A stretch of 55,862 bases of DNA, from positions 1 through 55,862 of IMG/VR virus record IMGVR_UViG_3300045988_011856. One strand, written 5' to 3'. Below are positions 16,520 through 26,120 of the stretch, in pieces; position 1 is the stretch's first letter, and each line of letters begins with the position of its first letter. The position numbers and the translations under genes were made by a program. The notes beneath the pieces were generated by a model. That model ran no database searches. It was not told where the DNA came from and worked only from the letters and a program-made list of their open reading frames with translations. Source of the stretch: a virus.

Positions 16520-16723
16520 TTATTCCTCGATTACTTCAAGCTCACACTCTTTTAAAGCGTTGTACTCGCTTGATTCATAACTGCTAAGTGCTTTTTCCGG
16601 AGAATATGCCGATTCTTTTGCACAATATGGCACAGTACTGGTTTGTAATGCAACAACGATTTCTCCCGGTTTAAAAAACCCATAATCATCACTAATAACT
16701 CTGCACTTTGTTCCTTTCTCCAT
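16520..16723 (-). CDS. hypothetical small protein
   Basis: Trimmed to MEKGTKCRV after AGGAGAAAG. Confidence 0.55.
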   Translation of the reverse strand: MEKGTKCRVISDDYGFFKPGEIVVALQTSTVPYCAKESAYSPEKALSSYESSEYNALKECELEVIEE

Positions 16724-16734
16724 GCTTTCTCCTT

Positions 16735-17477
16735 TCAGAACGGACAAAGGTTCATATCAACCTCTAACCCTTTTTCTGCAACATAAACATTCGTTCCGTA
16801 TTTAACTGTTTCTTTTGCTTTTTGTGAAAATTTCGCGGGATCACCGCATTTATCCGATAAGTGAATTAGAATGACATTCCTAAGTGCAGGATTGTCGTTA
16901 GTCTTAATAAATTTAAGTGCCGTATCAAGGCTCATATGCCCTCGCAGGCGGTGTTCGTAGTTCGGCTCATTCCGGTCTACCAAGTCCATACTGTAATTGG
17001 CTTCAACCATGATATGTTCAATGTTAAACTTCGAAAAGTTGTACTTGCAATATTCCAAGTCTGTCAAGAACAATAACTGCCCCATCTCCTCATGCTTGAT
17101 TAAATAGCCGTAGCACTCGATTTCTGTATCATGTGGTACATTGAATGGTGTTACCGTAAAGCTTCCGATTTGCCGTGCTACAAGAGGCGAGAGAGGCGTT
17201 GTGCGCTCTCCGGTAATAACTTCTAGTGCGGTTTGTGTTTCAAATGCCGTATAGACCGGAATGCCAGACCTCATAAAGTCTTTTATGTAATACGCATGAT
17301 CGCTCAACCATGTTCGTGAGAAACAATGCAACCAACCACATTTGAGATTTTCCAATCAATCGTCTTCTTGAAATCAAGAAATTTGCAACCGGCTTCAATC
17401 GCAAGGATTTCTCCGTTATCTGCAATTAAAGCATATGAGTTACCCGATGATCCTGATCCGCAACATCTCATGAACAT
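16735..17477 (-). pseudogene. MBL-fold metallo-hydrolase (putative recombination exonuclease) with a frame disruption inside HxHxDH
   Basis: Frame A from ATG 17477 gives MFMRCCGSGSSGNSYAL...GCIVSHEHG, then TGA (17304-17306). Frame B continues DHAYYIKDF...PHD...IHLSD. Deleting 5 nt restores HEHGDH. Confidence 0.75.
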
Positions 17478-17496
17478 TAAACCACCTCACTTTCTT

Positions 17497-18051
17497 TTAA
17501 TTTCCAAACAAATCCTCCAGCCTGTTCCTGACCTTTCCCTTGACATATTCTTCTTTATTGGCAACTTGCATTATATTTCTTTGACAAACTCCGGTAAAAT
17601 CGCTGGCAATCTGCGCGTTTGCATATTCTGCAATAAAATGACCGTCCAGATCATATTGTTGAATATGTCTCGGTCTTTCAAACATATTATAATTTCTTAA
17701 CCGATCGACAATTTGAGGGTGTTCAATTTCTGTTTTTGCTCTATGTGCTTTCGGGTGCAGTATTTGTAAGTTGGTAACAATATTGTTTTGCTTATTTCCA
17801 TCGATATGGTCAACGTGATACCCTTTTGGTATTTCGCCTATAAAATGTTCTGCTACCAGCACGTGGATTCTTGTACACCTTCTCAGTTTTACAGCTTTGT
17901 TTGTTAATACAACCGATAAATATCCTCCCTTTTGGTTTGTGTTCGAGAGAATATACCCATCTTTGTACTTTTTGTAACTTTTCAGTCTTCCAAAATTTGA
18001 AATTTGATATACACCCTCAAACCCATTTACCCATTTCCATTCTTCATTCAA
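17497..18051 (-). CDS. HNH homing endonuclease (NUMOD4 plus HNH_3 type)
   Basis: [21 protein letters not shown] (NUMOD4). [18 protein letters not shown] (HNH). Confidence 0.85.
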   Translation of the reverse strand: MNEEWKWVNGFEGVYQISNFGRLKSYKKYKDGYILSNTNQKGGYLSVVLTNKAVKLRRCTRIHVLVAEHFIGEIPKGYHVDHIDGNKQNNIVTNLQILHPKAHRAKTEIEHPQIVDRLRNYNMFERPRHIQQYDLDGHFIAEYANAQIASDFTGVCQRNIMQVANKEEYVKGKVRNRLEDLFGN

Positions 18052-18455
18052 TCAATCACCTCGCCTCCAAAGAACTCACTCCTTACATCAACAATCTGTC
18101 TCGTCTGCCCCAACAATGCTCGATTATGTTTTGCCCTCTGCTCATTGTCACAGATAAACTGCTTGCAGATTTCCGGTCGAACCGGATAGATTCTGCATTT
18201 CTCACAACTCTTATCCGTATCAAGAAAAGGACAAGTCATATCATATGGTCTATTCGCAGTAGGAAGCAGGTGCTTGCACTCTTTGATATGATTCTTACGG
18301 ATATATCTGCGAATGGCATCCACTTCCCTTCTACTCATAGGTAAAAGGTTGGAACAGCAATTACCGCATTGGCTACATTTTCCATCTTTGCAGAAATTGT
18401 AAATATTATCTTCCATGCCTTTCTGCACGAACTCTAAATAAGATGAAACTTCCAT
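18048..18455 (-). CDS. YkgJ-family Cys-cluster (Fe-S/Zn) protein
   Basis: CSQCGNCC...CPFL...C..C..YPVRP..C..F.C pattern. Confidence 0.7.
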   Translation of the reverse strand: MEVSSYLEFVQKGMEDNIYNFCKDGKCSQCGNCCSNLLPMSRREVDAIRRYIRKNHIKECKHLLPTANRPYDMTCPFLDTDKSCEKCRIYPVRPEICKQFICDNEQRAKHNRALLGQTRQIVDVRSEFFGGEVID

Positions 18456-18461
18456 AGGCTA

Positions 18462-18794
18462 CTACAATTCTTCCTCTGCCGGGAACTGAAAATATTCTGT
18501 TGTAGCTTTCTTAAACATTTCTTCACTTAACGCTTGGGTAAATTCCGTGAAGTGTTCTGAATTGGCAATATGATGATAAAATTCATTATTTTCATACGCA
18601 ATTCTAAGCATTTCCATAGCTTTCTTTGCTTTTTCTTCGGTGGAATAAGTGGCGATCTTCACTGACGAAGAACCTTCTTTATAAATCAAGTGTCCATTTA
18701 TGTGGTACTCTCTTTTATCTCCACTGCAACCAAGAGTGATTAGCACCTCTTCATATGGTACATCAATCGTTCCGTCCCGTGAAATTACTCTCAT
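18462..18794 (-). CDS. hypothetical protein
   Basis: Trimmed to MRVISRDG after GAGGAGG. Confidence 0.6.
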   Translation of the reverse strand: MRVISRDGTIDVPYEEVLITLGCSGDKREYHINGHLIYKEGSSSVKIATYSTEEKAKKAMEMLRIAYENNEFYHHIANSEHFTEFTQALSEEMFKKATTEYFQFPAEEEL

Positions 18795-18805
18795 ATAAGA
18801 CCTCC

Positions 18806-19018
18806 TCATCTAAAAAACAAAAACCAAACCAAAGCAACGAAAGCATCAACAAACAGTGCAATCGATAAGATAGCTAAAACAACTCTTCCGAACGTAAGCT
18901 TATATGGAACTCCGAGATTGTGAAGTGCCTGCTCTTGTGGAGATATGTTTGAAGCAACAATTTTTCCGATAACAAACCATAACACGAATAACAGAATCGC
19001 CAATTTAACAAAAATCAT
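18806..19018 (-). CDS. small membrane protein (two TM segments)
   Basis: Hydrophobic segments LAILLFVLWFVIG and VLAILSIALFVDAFVALVWFLF. Confidence 0.6.
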   Translation of the reverse strand: MIFVKLAILLFVLWFVIGKIVASNISPQEQALHNLGVPYKLTFGRVVLAILSIALFVDAFVALVWFLFFR

Positions 19019-19027
19019 AATGCCCTC

Positions 19028-19981
19028 CTAATTCTTCATAAAATCCGGAACGTCAGCATCTGTAGAAATCTTTCGATCATCTTTCACCGGAACTTCTACA
19101 TCAAAATGCGCTCCAACCGACTTCTCAACGCCATCTTTCACGGATTCCTTTACTTCTGCATCTGCAACAATGAAGTCCTCTGAATTTGCATTCTCGGCAA
19201 TATCATGTTCAACATCAATGATCGTTCTATCGTCCGTCTCTGTGGCTTCTACATTGTCGTATGCATCGTTTAACATCTGCGTACCGTATGTACGAATAAT
19301 ATATTTCAACGCACGATTCTTGACTGTTTTCATTGCCATCTGGTCAGTGAATTTCTGATGCGTACCGGAACCATTCTCTTTGTAACCAAATCCCTGTTTC
19401 CACGCCTGCTTAATCATATCCATGTTCATGATTTCGATGTATTTGCTATCGTCTTCCATTGTTACGATTGCATACGCACCGATAATTTTATCTGTATTGA
19501 TGTTCATAAAATCCTGCTCGTGGCAGTCGATAACAATTCGGGCATTCTCGATGTGGTATTTAAACTTATCGCCATCGTAAATGCACATGGCATCAATGTT
19601 TTTCATGCCATAGTTTCTTGCAATACAGGTGTTTCCATAAACAGATACTTGGCACTGTAACTTACCCCCATAAGCTACCGGATAACACTGTTTTTTCTGC
19701 ATAGACAATCCCATTGTAACCATATCCATAAGAGTATTTGCGATTGATACCTGTGTACAGGTTTCTAAAACCGACTTATTGTTCTTATCAACCGTCTCTT
19801 TCAGAATCAGATATGCTCCCATTAACTCATTGGAATAGTTATATCCTTTCGGGAAAGTAAGACCAAACTTCTCTTTCTGCTGCAACTGTGAAACCAATCC
19901 ATCAACAAATGCATTATTGACTACAAGTCCTGCCTGCTCCTTTCCTTTGGTTGCTACTTCCTGCTTCTTTTCTTCTACCAT
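19028..19981 (-). CDS. recT: RecT-family single-strand annealing protein
   Basis: RecT-like core (CYPVAYGGKLQCQVSVYG, MIKQAWKQG) with an acidic C-terminal tail. Confidence 0.8.
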   Translation of the reverse strand: MVEEKKQEVATKGKEQAGLVVNNAFVDGLVSQLQQKEKFGLTFPKGYNYSNELMGAYLILKETVDKNNKSVLETCTQVSIANTLMDMVTMGLSMQKKQCYPVAYGGKLQCQVSVYGNTCIARNYGMKNIDAMCIYDGDKFKYHIENARIVIDCHEQDFMNINTDKIIGAYAIVTMEDDSKYIEIMNMDMIKQAWKQGFGYKENGSGTHQKFTDQMAMKTVKNRALKYIIRTYGTQMLNDAYDNVEATETDDRTIIDVEHDIAENANSEDFIVADAEVKESVKDGVEKSVGAHFDVEVPVKDDRKISTDADVPDFMKN

Positions 19982-19983
19982 AA

Positions 19984-20526
19984 TTACTTTTCCTCGCTTT
20001 CTTCAAACTGCTTTAACTGCTCTGCCAATTTCTTGCATTCTTCTGCCACATATTCCTCTGTGCGGACAACATCATCCTCAATCGGGAATTCGCTTTCGAT
20101 AGCCAAACGAGCCATATATTCTTCTTTTCTGTCCGGGAACTTCTCTATTGCATACTTCAAATCCGCCTTATCTCCTGCATGACCGCAATCAAATCCAAAC
20201 CACCACAAATCACTGTCAATTGGATAGTATGAATTTTCGCCACCGTCAGCATATGTTATGCCACCGTGACACTGAAAATATGCTTCAATTTTGATTCTTT
20301 CATCTTCATCCAGGAAAGCACCAAGCAAAGGGAAAATTCCGCTTACTTCTCTGTCCACGACATCGGCTTTCTTGATTTCAAGGTAGTCTATATAATCCTT
20401 TCCGTATAATGGATGATTCTTTGGAATGCCAACATAACCGCATCTGTGCCCGATACTTCCAAATATGACAACACATTTGTAGCCTGCGTGTTCAAATTCA
20501 CGCTCTATGATATATCTGTCACTCAT
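19984..20526 (-). CDS. hypothetical phage protein
   Basis: Intact ORF with conserved-looking His/Cys/Trp motifs (GHRCGYVG, CHGGITY, WWFGFDCGHAGD). Confidence 0.65.
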   Translation of the reverse strand: MSDRYIIEREFEHAGYKCVVIFGSIGHRCGYVGIPKNHPLYGKDYIDYLEIKKADVVDREVSGIFPLLGAFLDEDERIKIEAYFQCHGGITYADGGENSYYPIDSDLWWFGFDCGHAGDKADLKYAIEKFPDRKEEYMARLAIESEFPIEDDVVRTEEYVAEECKKLAEQLKQFEESEEK

Positions 20527-20839
20527 GTGCTACCTCGCTTTCTGCATTTTTTACAAGTTCAAATTCATACATGCTATTCATTGTTCCAACTACAAGATTC
20601 CCCTTTTCGTTGATAAATGAATCCCAAACACGGCTTGTCCTTAATGTATTTCCGGAGTAATCCGTTCCGTCAGCATTTCTGACGTATTCAACAATCATTG
20701 GCAATCCAATATGTGGGTTTGGCTTCTTTGTGATTCTGCCGATTCTCAATGGGTATCTGCCATCCGACCTTGTAATGTGCGTTTTTGCATCCCGAATATC
20801 AACAATGCGATATTCCTCATATTTCTTCACAACCGCCAC
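20519..20839 (-). CDS. hypothetical protein
   Basis: Intact ORF. Confidence 0.6.
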   Translation of the reverse strand: MAVVKKYEEYRIVDIRDAKTHITRSDGRYPLRIGRITKKPNPHIGLPMIVEYVRNADGTDYSGNTLRTSRVWDSFINEKGNLVVGTMNSMYEFELVKNAESEVAHE

Positions 20840-20857
20840 CTTATCAGCACCATAGGT

Positions 20858-21007
20858 TTACACCCATGTCATATCAACCGATTCATCCGTGACGTTCAAC
20901 TTTGCACCCTTGGCATTTACAACCGTGTCACAGGCTTTCACAGAATCCTCGGTGCGATACACATAGCTTCTTTTACTGTTTGGATATTTTGCTTTTATGT
21001 AGTTCAT
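20858..21007 (-). CDS. possible small protein (49 aa, MNYIKAKYPNS...)
   Basis: GAGGTG upstream. Below the track cutoff. Confidence 0.45.
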   Translation of the reverse strand: MNYIKAKYPNSKRSYVYRTEDSVKACDTVVNAKGAKLNVTDESVDMTWV

Positions 21008-21016
21008 TACGGCACC

Positions 21017-21484
21017 TCATTCTTTCATTTTGATATCATTAAGGTCAATCGTCTTCCAATTGCCATAGTATTTATCCGGATAGAAGATGCCGATCCACTT
21101 ACTTTTTGAGTAAGACTTGTACTTAACAACATCTTCGTTCCACTCCTGCACCTCATCGACATACTCTTTATTGACAATGCCAAACTCATCGCGGATACTT
21201 TCGGTCTTTGCTTTGTATAGCAAGGCTTCATATTTCTGTTCATTACTTGCCGCATAGCCGGCACCGCTTAAGTTGTTAGTGCTAATAACGACTAGCATCC
21301 CAATGATTGCGAGACCTAAAAACGCAGATACCACGACGGATGTAGCACTAAGCCAACAAGCAAAGCTAGACAATACGCATTTCCAAGACGTTATTGAATA
21401 TCCAAACTTATCTTCGATATAACTAGCGAAAAAAGCCAATGCAATCAAAACCACAAGCAAAATTAAGCATAACCAAAATAACAT
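21017..21484 (-). CDS. membrane protein (3 TM segments)
   Basis: Hydrophobic N-terminal half. ATG is adjacent to the upstream stop. Confidence 0.65.
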   Translation of the reverse strand: MLFWLCLILLVVLIALAFFASYIEDKFGYSITSWKCVLSSFACWLSATSVVVSAFLGLAIIGMLVVISTNNLSGAGYAASNEQKYEALLYKAKTESIRDEFGIVNKEYVDEVQEWNEDVVKYKSYSKSKWIGIFYPDKYYGNWKTIDLNDIKMKE

Positions 21485-23482
21485 TTACAACACCTCCACT
21501 TTCAAATCCTTATCCTTAGTGACCGTCAGCAGGATAAGCTGCGTATCGACTTTCGGGATATACTCATCGTTGATACTCTCCGCATTATCAAGAACAATCG
21601 GAACTCTCATGCCATAGAATTTCTGAAAACTATCGCAAATATCAAGCTTTGCTTCAATCTCACGTCCTTTGTTTGTGGTATCTCCAAATACCTTATAGAT
21701 TCCGGTCTTTTCATCCGGAACAGTAGGAATGCAAACTTCCTTGTATTCGCCGTTCTTCTGATAATCGTACAATTTCCACTTGACAATGCTAAAATGAGAA
21801 TTGATTTCATCAACAAGCAAATTGTTCTTGCGTTTAGACACCTCAGAAAGCTGATTAAGAATGTTTTCTGCGTCAGCCTTGACTTGTGCGTACTCGGTTT
21901 GTTTCGCCTGCATTTCGGCAATCTGTTCGTCAATACGGACATTGTTTTCAGCCTGCGCGATAACCTTATTTACTTCGATAAGTTGCAACTGTAATTCCTG
22001 CTTCTGTGACTTTAAATCTTCAACCGTCTTATCAACTCCACTTGCTTCGATTTTGGCAATCTCGGCTTTAACTTCGTTATCCTTGGCAAGCAGTTCGCGG
22101 TACTTCTCGTTTGACTCGTAATCGGCATGATCCGGTAATTCAGAAATCTTCTTATCGAGATCAGAAACAGTCTTTTCAACCTCTGGAAGTTTTTCATTTA
22201 AATGGGCGATAGAATCCGTTAACTCCTTGTTGCGCAGTTCCAATTCTGAAAGCTTCTTTTTGCAGTAATCGCCTTTTTCAACAGTTTCAGCAAGTGACTT
22301 AGCCTTGAGATCACTAAAGGCAACCATCGCATCGGCTTTCTTCTGCTCAAACTCTGATCTCAACTCCTCAACCTTATCAAGAGGAAGATTCTGACCACAT
22401 AAGGAACAAACCGTTGTGGATTCATCGAATTTCCAATCATCTTCATTGAATTTCGACTCCTTCATGGTCATATATTTCCTAAGAAGTTTTTCCCTAGTAG
22501 AAGTGACACGAGCATATTCATCCACGCTAGAAGAATAAGCACTTTCACTTTCCTTAATGTTATGTTTAATACTTTCCAACTGTCTATTTGCTTGGAACCT
22601 CAAATCTTCAAGTTCTCTCTTACGCTGAGAAAACGCATTATTCATGGGCTGCATAATGCCGGACATCTCGAATTGAAGTTTCATCTCTTGGTCTCTCAAA
22701 TCATTCAAGGCATTTCCGGCATTAGAAATCTTCTTGTCGATTTCTTCAAGGCTTCTAACAATTTCAGCCTTTGCCAGCTCCTGCTCCGCTACATCAACGT
22801 CAACCTTGGCTTTCTCCAACCCGATAATCTGATTCGGAATAGCATCTAACTGCTCAGAAGCCTTTTTCTTGGAAGCCTTGTTCATAACTTCAATCTCCTC
22901 AAACTTGTAGGATTCAAGAAGCTTTGCTACTTCCGCGGTTTCTTTACTCATCTTGGCGATCTCTAAATCAGATTTAGAATTCGACATAGCAAACAGATGC
23001 TCTCGCATTTCATCCTGCTTCTTTTTCTGATTCAAGTCTTTCGTAAACACATCTGGATGCGAGCAAACAAGGAATTTATCGAAATCAAATCCAAGTTCTT
23101 CCATGTATGCTACGAAATCGCGGTTTGTCTTAGGAACACTGTTAATCTCGTAGGAATTCGACAATGTAACCTTGGAAACACCGTTCTCGTCCGGTTTGCC
23201 GACTTTCTGCTTCTGCATTTTAGAGATAACAACCTCTTTGCCATCAATATCAAGTGTTGCGGTAACAGTAGGTACGCACTCTCTACCATCATCCGGTCTG
23301 ATATTAGGATTGCTATTTAACTCGTATCCTTTGTCCGAGAACAACCAAAAGATTGCAGTACCGATAGTTGTCTTGCCAAGGCGATTCATACCGTTAATGC
23401 GTGTAATATCGCCAAAATCATAGGTCTTGTCAACTACGCTTTTAAAATTTTCAAGCCGTAGTGTTTTCAGAATCGCTTTCAT
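21485..23482 (-). CDS. SMC/Rad50/SbcC-like AAA ATPase with coiled coil and CxxC hook
   Basis: N-terminal Walker A NGMNRLGKTT. Long coiled coil with a central CSLCGQ. C-terminal LDNAES (Walker B/D-loop-like). Confidence 0.75.
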   Translation of the reverse strand: MKAILKTLRLENFKSVVDKTYDFGDITRINGMNRLGKTTIGTAIFWLFSDKGYELNSNPNIRPDDGRECVPTVTATLDIDGKEVVISKMQKQKVGKPDENGVSKVTLSNSYEINSVPKTNRDFVAYMEELGFDFDKFLVCSHPDVFTKDLNQKKKQDEMREHLFAMSNSKSDLEIAKMSKETAEVAKLLESYKFEEIEVMNKASKKKASEQLDAIPNQIIGLEKAKVDVDVAEQELAKAEIVRSLEEIDKKISNAGNALNDLRDQEMKLQFEMSGIMQPMNNAFSQRKRELEDLRFQANRQLESIKHNIKESESAYSSSVDEYARVTSTREKLLRKYMTMKESKFNEDDWKFDESTTVCSLCGQNLPLDKVEELRSEFEQKKADAMVAFSDLKAKSLAETVEKGDYCKKKLSELELRNKELTDSIAHLNEKLPEVEKTVSDLDKKISELPDHADYESNEKYRELLAKDNEVKAEIAKIEASGVDKTVEDLKSQKQELQLQLIEVNKVIAQAENNVRIDEQIAEMQAKQTEYAQVKADAENILNQLSEVSKRKNNLLVDEINSHFSIVKWKLYDYQKNGEYKEVCIPTVPDEKTGIYKVFGDTTNKGREIEAKLDICDSFQKFYGMRVPIVLDNAESINDEYIPKVDTQLILLTVTKDKDLKVEVL

Positions 23483-24098
23483 TTTCTTCCCCTTTCCCAA
23501 CCTTCTCAAAGCTTGTAATAGATACCTCGTAAACGGTATTCACTGACGTTCCACCATCTTCAAGCGTTTTCTTGTAAATCCTGCTCTGCAGTCTGCCGTT
23601 AACACGGACTTTGTCGCCGATTTCAAGCTTTCTAGCTTCGTGTGCTTGCTCCATCCATGCAATGCACGGAATATAATCTGTTTTGCCGTTAATCCGGTTT
23701 GATGCAACAAGGAAATCGGTCAGAACATATCCGCTTTTACGTTCCTTAAAATATGGTTCTTTGCACACGCATCCTTCGATTGTTACTGCATTTTCATTTC
23801 CAATCTCAACAATATTCATGTAATCAGCGTAAATGTAATGAATCAAATGATTTTTGTTGCCATAAGTCTTACTGTGCGACCGGAATGATCCGGACAACTC
23901 AATGAACTGTCCTTCGTATTCGCCATTCGGATTAAACACTTCTTCCGTAAAACAAACCGGAAGAATATCGCTTGTTCCGCTCTTTCTAAGGAATCGAACC
24001 ATCATCGTATAATGTGGAATTCCTTGTGTTGTGTGGGAATATTTCGGATCTTCTACGATTTTTCCAGAAAATACCACACTGTTTCTATCTTTTTCCAT
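23451..24098 (-). CDS. ssb: single-stranded DNA-binding protein-like (two OB-like halves)
   Basis: NSVVFSGKIVEDP... and VTIEGCVCKEP...DYIPCIAWMEQAHEARKLEIGDKVRVNGRLQSRIY, with an acidic tail. Confidence 0.65.
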   Translation of the reverse strand: MEKDRNSVVFSGKIVEDPKYSHTTQGIPHYTMMVRFLRKSGTSDILPVCFTEEVFNPNGEYEGQFIELSGSFRSHSKTYGNKNHLIHYIYADYMNIVEIGNENAVTIEGCVCKEPYFKERKSGYVLTDFLVASNRINGKTDYIPCIAWMEQAHEARKLEIGDKVRVNGRLQSRIYKKTLEDGGTSVNTVYEVSITSFEKVGKGEENESDSENTTA

Positions 24099-24100
24099 CT

Positions 24101-24259
24101 CTAGCACCCTTTCTCTTTCTGCAAATCAAACTTCTTAATCTCCCGATCAAGAATTGTTTCAAAACTTTCCTGCTTGTCGTTCGTTTTCTTCTTTCCACCA
24201 AGCATCGATACCAATGCTCGCTTTTCGTAATCATTACAACGAACACCACTAATAATCAT
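24101..24259 (-). CDS. possible small protein (52 aa)
   Basis: The ATG overlaps the end of the SLT gene. Below the track cutoff. Confidence 0.35.
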   Translation of the reverse strand: MIISGVRCNDYEKRALVSMLGGKKKTNDKQESFETILDREIKKFDLQKEKGC

Positions 24260-24779
24260 GTTTACCATGCGCATCTTCTAACTCTGCCGCCCTTTCCATT
24301 ATTGATACTGCGTAATTGGAGTATTTGCCGGAATTGTAACGCTCAACCGCACCTCCGTATTCGCCCTCGTTGTAGCACATAAGGACTAAATAAGGATCGC
24401 CGTACTTTTCTGCCAATTCCGCAATCAAATCCGTTCCGCATAGGATGTTTTGGTATGGATCATACAGATCCGTAATACCAAGTCTCTTCATCCGGTCACG
24501 ATTCCATTTCGGAATTACCTGCATCAATCCGGTATCGTCAGAACTGCCATGAGCATTCGGATTGTAATTCGATTCCTGCTCAACGATTGCTTGTATCAGT
24601 TCCGGGCAAATGTTGTATTTACCGCCTATCTCCTCACAATAGCCGATATAAGTCTCTGTGGCATTTGTGCTATACGGCTTTACAACAAGCATTGTTGCAA
24701 TCATCGCAAGTGCAATTACTCTCTTCAATGGCTTTTGCTCTCCTTTCCGCGATTTTTCTGTCAAGTTTACGGCGTTCAT
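24249..24779 (-). CDS. lytic transglycosylase (SLT domain) with N-terminal membrane anchor
   Basis: ELIQAIVEQESNYNPNAHGSSDDTGLMQV. Start is uncertain because the ORF overlaps 24670..24936. Confidence 0.75.
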   Translation of the reverse strand: MNAVNLTEKSRKGEQKPLKRVIALAMIATMLVVKPYSTNATETYIGYCEEIGGKYNICPELIQAIVEQESNYNPNAHGSSDDTGLMQVIPKWNRDRMKRLGITDLYDPYQNILCGTDLIAELAEKYGDPYLVLMCYNEGEYGGAVERYNSGKYSNYAVSIMERAAELEDAHGKHDY

Positions 24780-24936
24780 AATTGATACGAAGCATTTTGT
24801 TTGAGAACGCTATCAGAAGCAATCCTGCGATCCCGATAATTCCAAAGATAAGACCGCGAACATCTTCTGTGCCAACGCAACAAAACGACAACGAAGCAAT
24901 CAAAAAACCTAATTTTCTTAAAATTCTGTAAACCAT
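24670..24936 (-). CDS. small membrane protein with Cys-rich tail
   Basis: Two TM segments. Overlaps the SLT ORF by 110 nt, so one of the two starts is mis-set. Confidence 0.45.
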   Translation of the reverse strand: MVYRILRKLGFLIASLSFCCVGTEDVRGLIFGIIGIAGLLLIAFSNKMLRINYERRKLDRKIAERRAKAIEESNCTCDDCNNACCKAV

Positions 24937-24965
24937 ATTGTTCTCCTTTTAAATAAGGAAGTTAC

Positions 24966-25730
24966 TCATGCAAAGCTTGTGCGAAGGAACTTGTTGATAA
25001 AGTACACTTGACCTTTTCCGGTTACTTTGGTCGTTCGGGTAATTCTTACTGAACCATCTGGATTCTGCACATTTCTTTCCTTGACTTCAAACAAGCCTTG
25101 TTCAACATATCTCTGTAACGGCATATTCTTTGATGATCCATTCTTGACAAGATAGCCATTTTCGCGAAGCCAATCGAATAAACGCTTCTGACCAATCTGA
25201 TAACCATTCTGACAAATCAACTTTGCCAAATCTCCGATCAGAATTGACGTATGGCTCGTTGCAACCGCATCTGCAAAAATCTCTTTAGGTATCATCCCTT
25301 GTATACGCGAGTCCTGCATAGCAATGATGTTGTTCTTTTCGTCAATCTTTCGTTGTGCCACCATAAGAGCCTTGGAAAGCAACTCTTCATCAGACAAGGT
25401 TTCCTGTCCTGCTATGTAACCGCCATTCTTACGGATTGACGGAAGGACTTCATGCGTAATCCATCTTTTGAAATCTTTGGCTTCTCTTTTTCTGCTTGCA
25501 AGTACCAATGAGTAAAGACCGTATTCGTTTACACAGTTTGTCTCTCCGCCAGATAACCCTAAATTGAATTTAGACTTTTCATCATCATCAATTCTTTGCA
25601 TAGCCATTGTTGGGTTTGACAAATCTAACGACCTGCATATGTCACTTGCGACAAACCAAGGCTCATTATCTTTAGTAATTGTCCGAATCTCTCCGAACTC
25701 TTCATTATTGAAAATCTGTAATTCGTTCAT
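24966..25730 (-). CDS. antirepressor (Bro-N plus KilAC/Ant C-terminal domain)
   Basis: MNELQIFNNEEFGEIRTI...PWFVASDICRSLDL (Bro-N). C-terminal Ant-type region. Confidence 0.8.
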   Translation of the reverse strand: MNELQIFNNEEFGEIRTITKDNEPWFVASDICRSLDLSNPTMAMQRIDDDEKSKFNLGLSGGETNCVNEYGLYSLVLASRKREAKDFKRWITHEVLPSIRKNGGYIAGQETLSDEELLSKALMVAQRKIDEKNNIIAMQDSRIQGMIPKEIFADAVATSHTSILIGDLAKLICQNGYQIGQKRLFDWLRENGYLVKNGSSKNMPLQRYVEQGLFEVKERNVQNPDGSVRITRTTKVTGKGQVYFINKFLRTSFA

Positions 25731-25786
25731 GTTTCTCCTTTCTGTGGTATAATTCCCTTATCTTTATTTAGAAAAGAGGTGAAACC

Positions 25787-25978
25787 ATGGAAAAGAAAAT
25801 GATTAAATGCAACGGTTTGTCCGAAGAGAAAATAAACGAGATAATTTCCGAATATGTAAGTCTTGGTTGGAAATACATCGGAATATCAAGCGGATTTCCT
25901 GCGGACTATTCATGGATTCATTTAGAATGGTCTAATTCGGAACATCCGATTTATCCCGACAAAGAATCCAGCAGTTAA
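25787..25978 (+). CDS. hypothetical small protein
   Basis: AGAGGTG precedes the ATG. The 3' end overlaps a convergent minus-strand candidate. Confidence 0.45.
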   Translation: MEKKMIKCNGLSEEKINEIISEYVSLGWKYIGISSGFPADYSWIHLEWSNSEHPIYPDKESSS

Positions 25979-26105
25979 TTTCATCTTCTTCCGGTGAAAA
26001 CATCACCCAATAGGCTCTTTTTAGTAGATCGTTCTTTTCCTCTTCTGTTTTGGCAAGTGCGACACACTGAATCGAGCCTATGTTGTTCATGTCGTATGTC
26101 TTCAA
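25932..26105 (-). CDS. possible small protein (57 aa, TTG start)
   Basis: AAAGGAGG 7 nt upstream. Directly downstream of the cro-like gene. Confidence 0.45.
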   Translation of the reverse strand: MKTYDMNNIGSIQCVALAKTEEEKNDLLKRAYWVMFSPEEDEINCWILCRDKSDVPN

Positions 26106-26120
26106 ATAATTTCCTCCTTT

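Noticed and set aside
17300-17310. T4 gene-60-like ribosomal bypass or canonical -1 slippage to repair the MBL frame.
   Set aside because: No matching GGN landing codon follows the GGT-TGA take-off site, and there is no X-XXY-YYZ slippery heptamer. An indel or an assembly error is more parsimonious.
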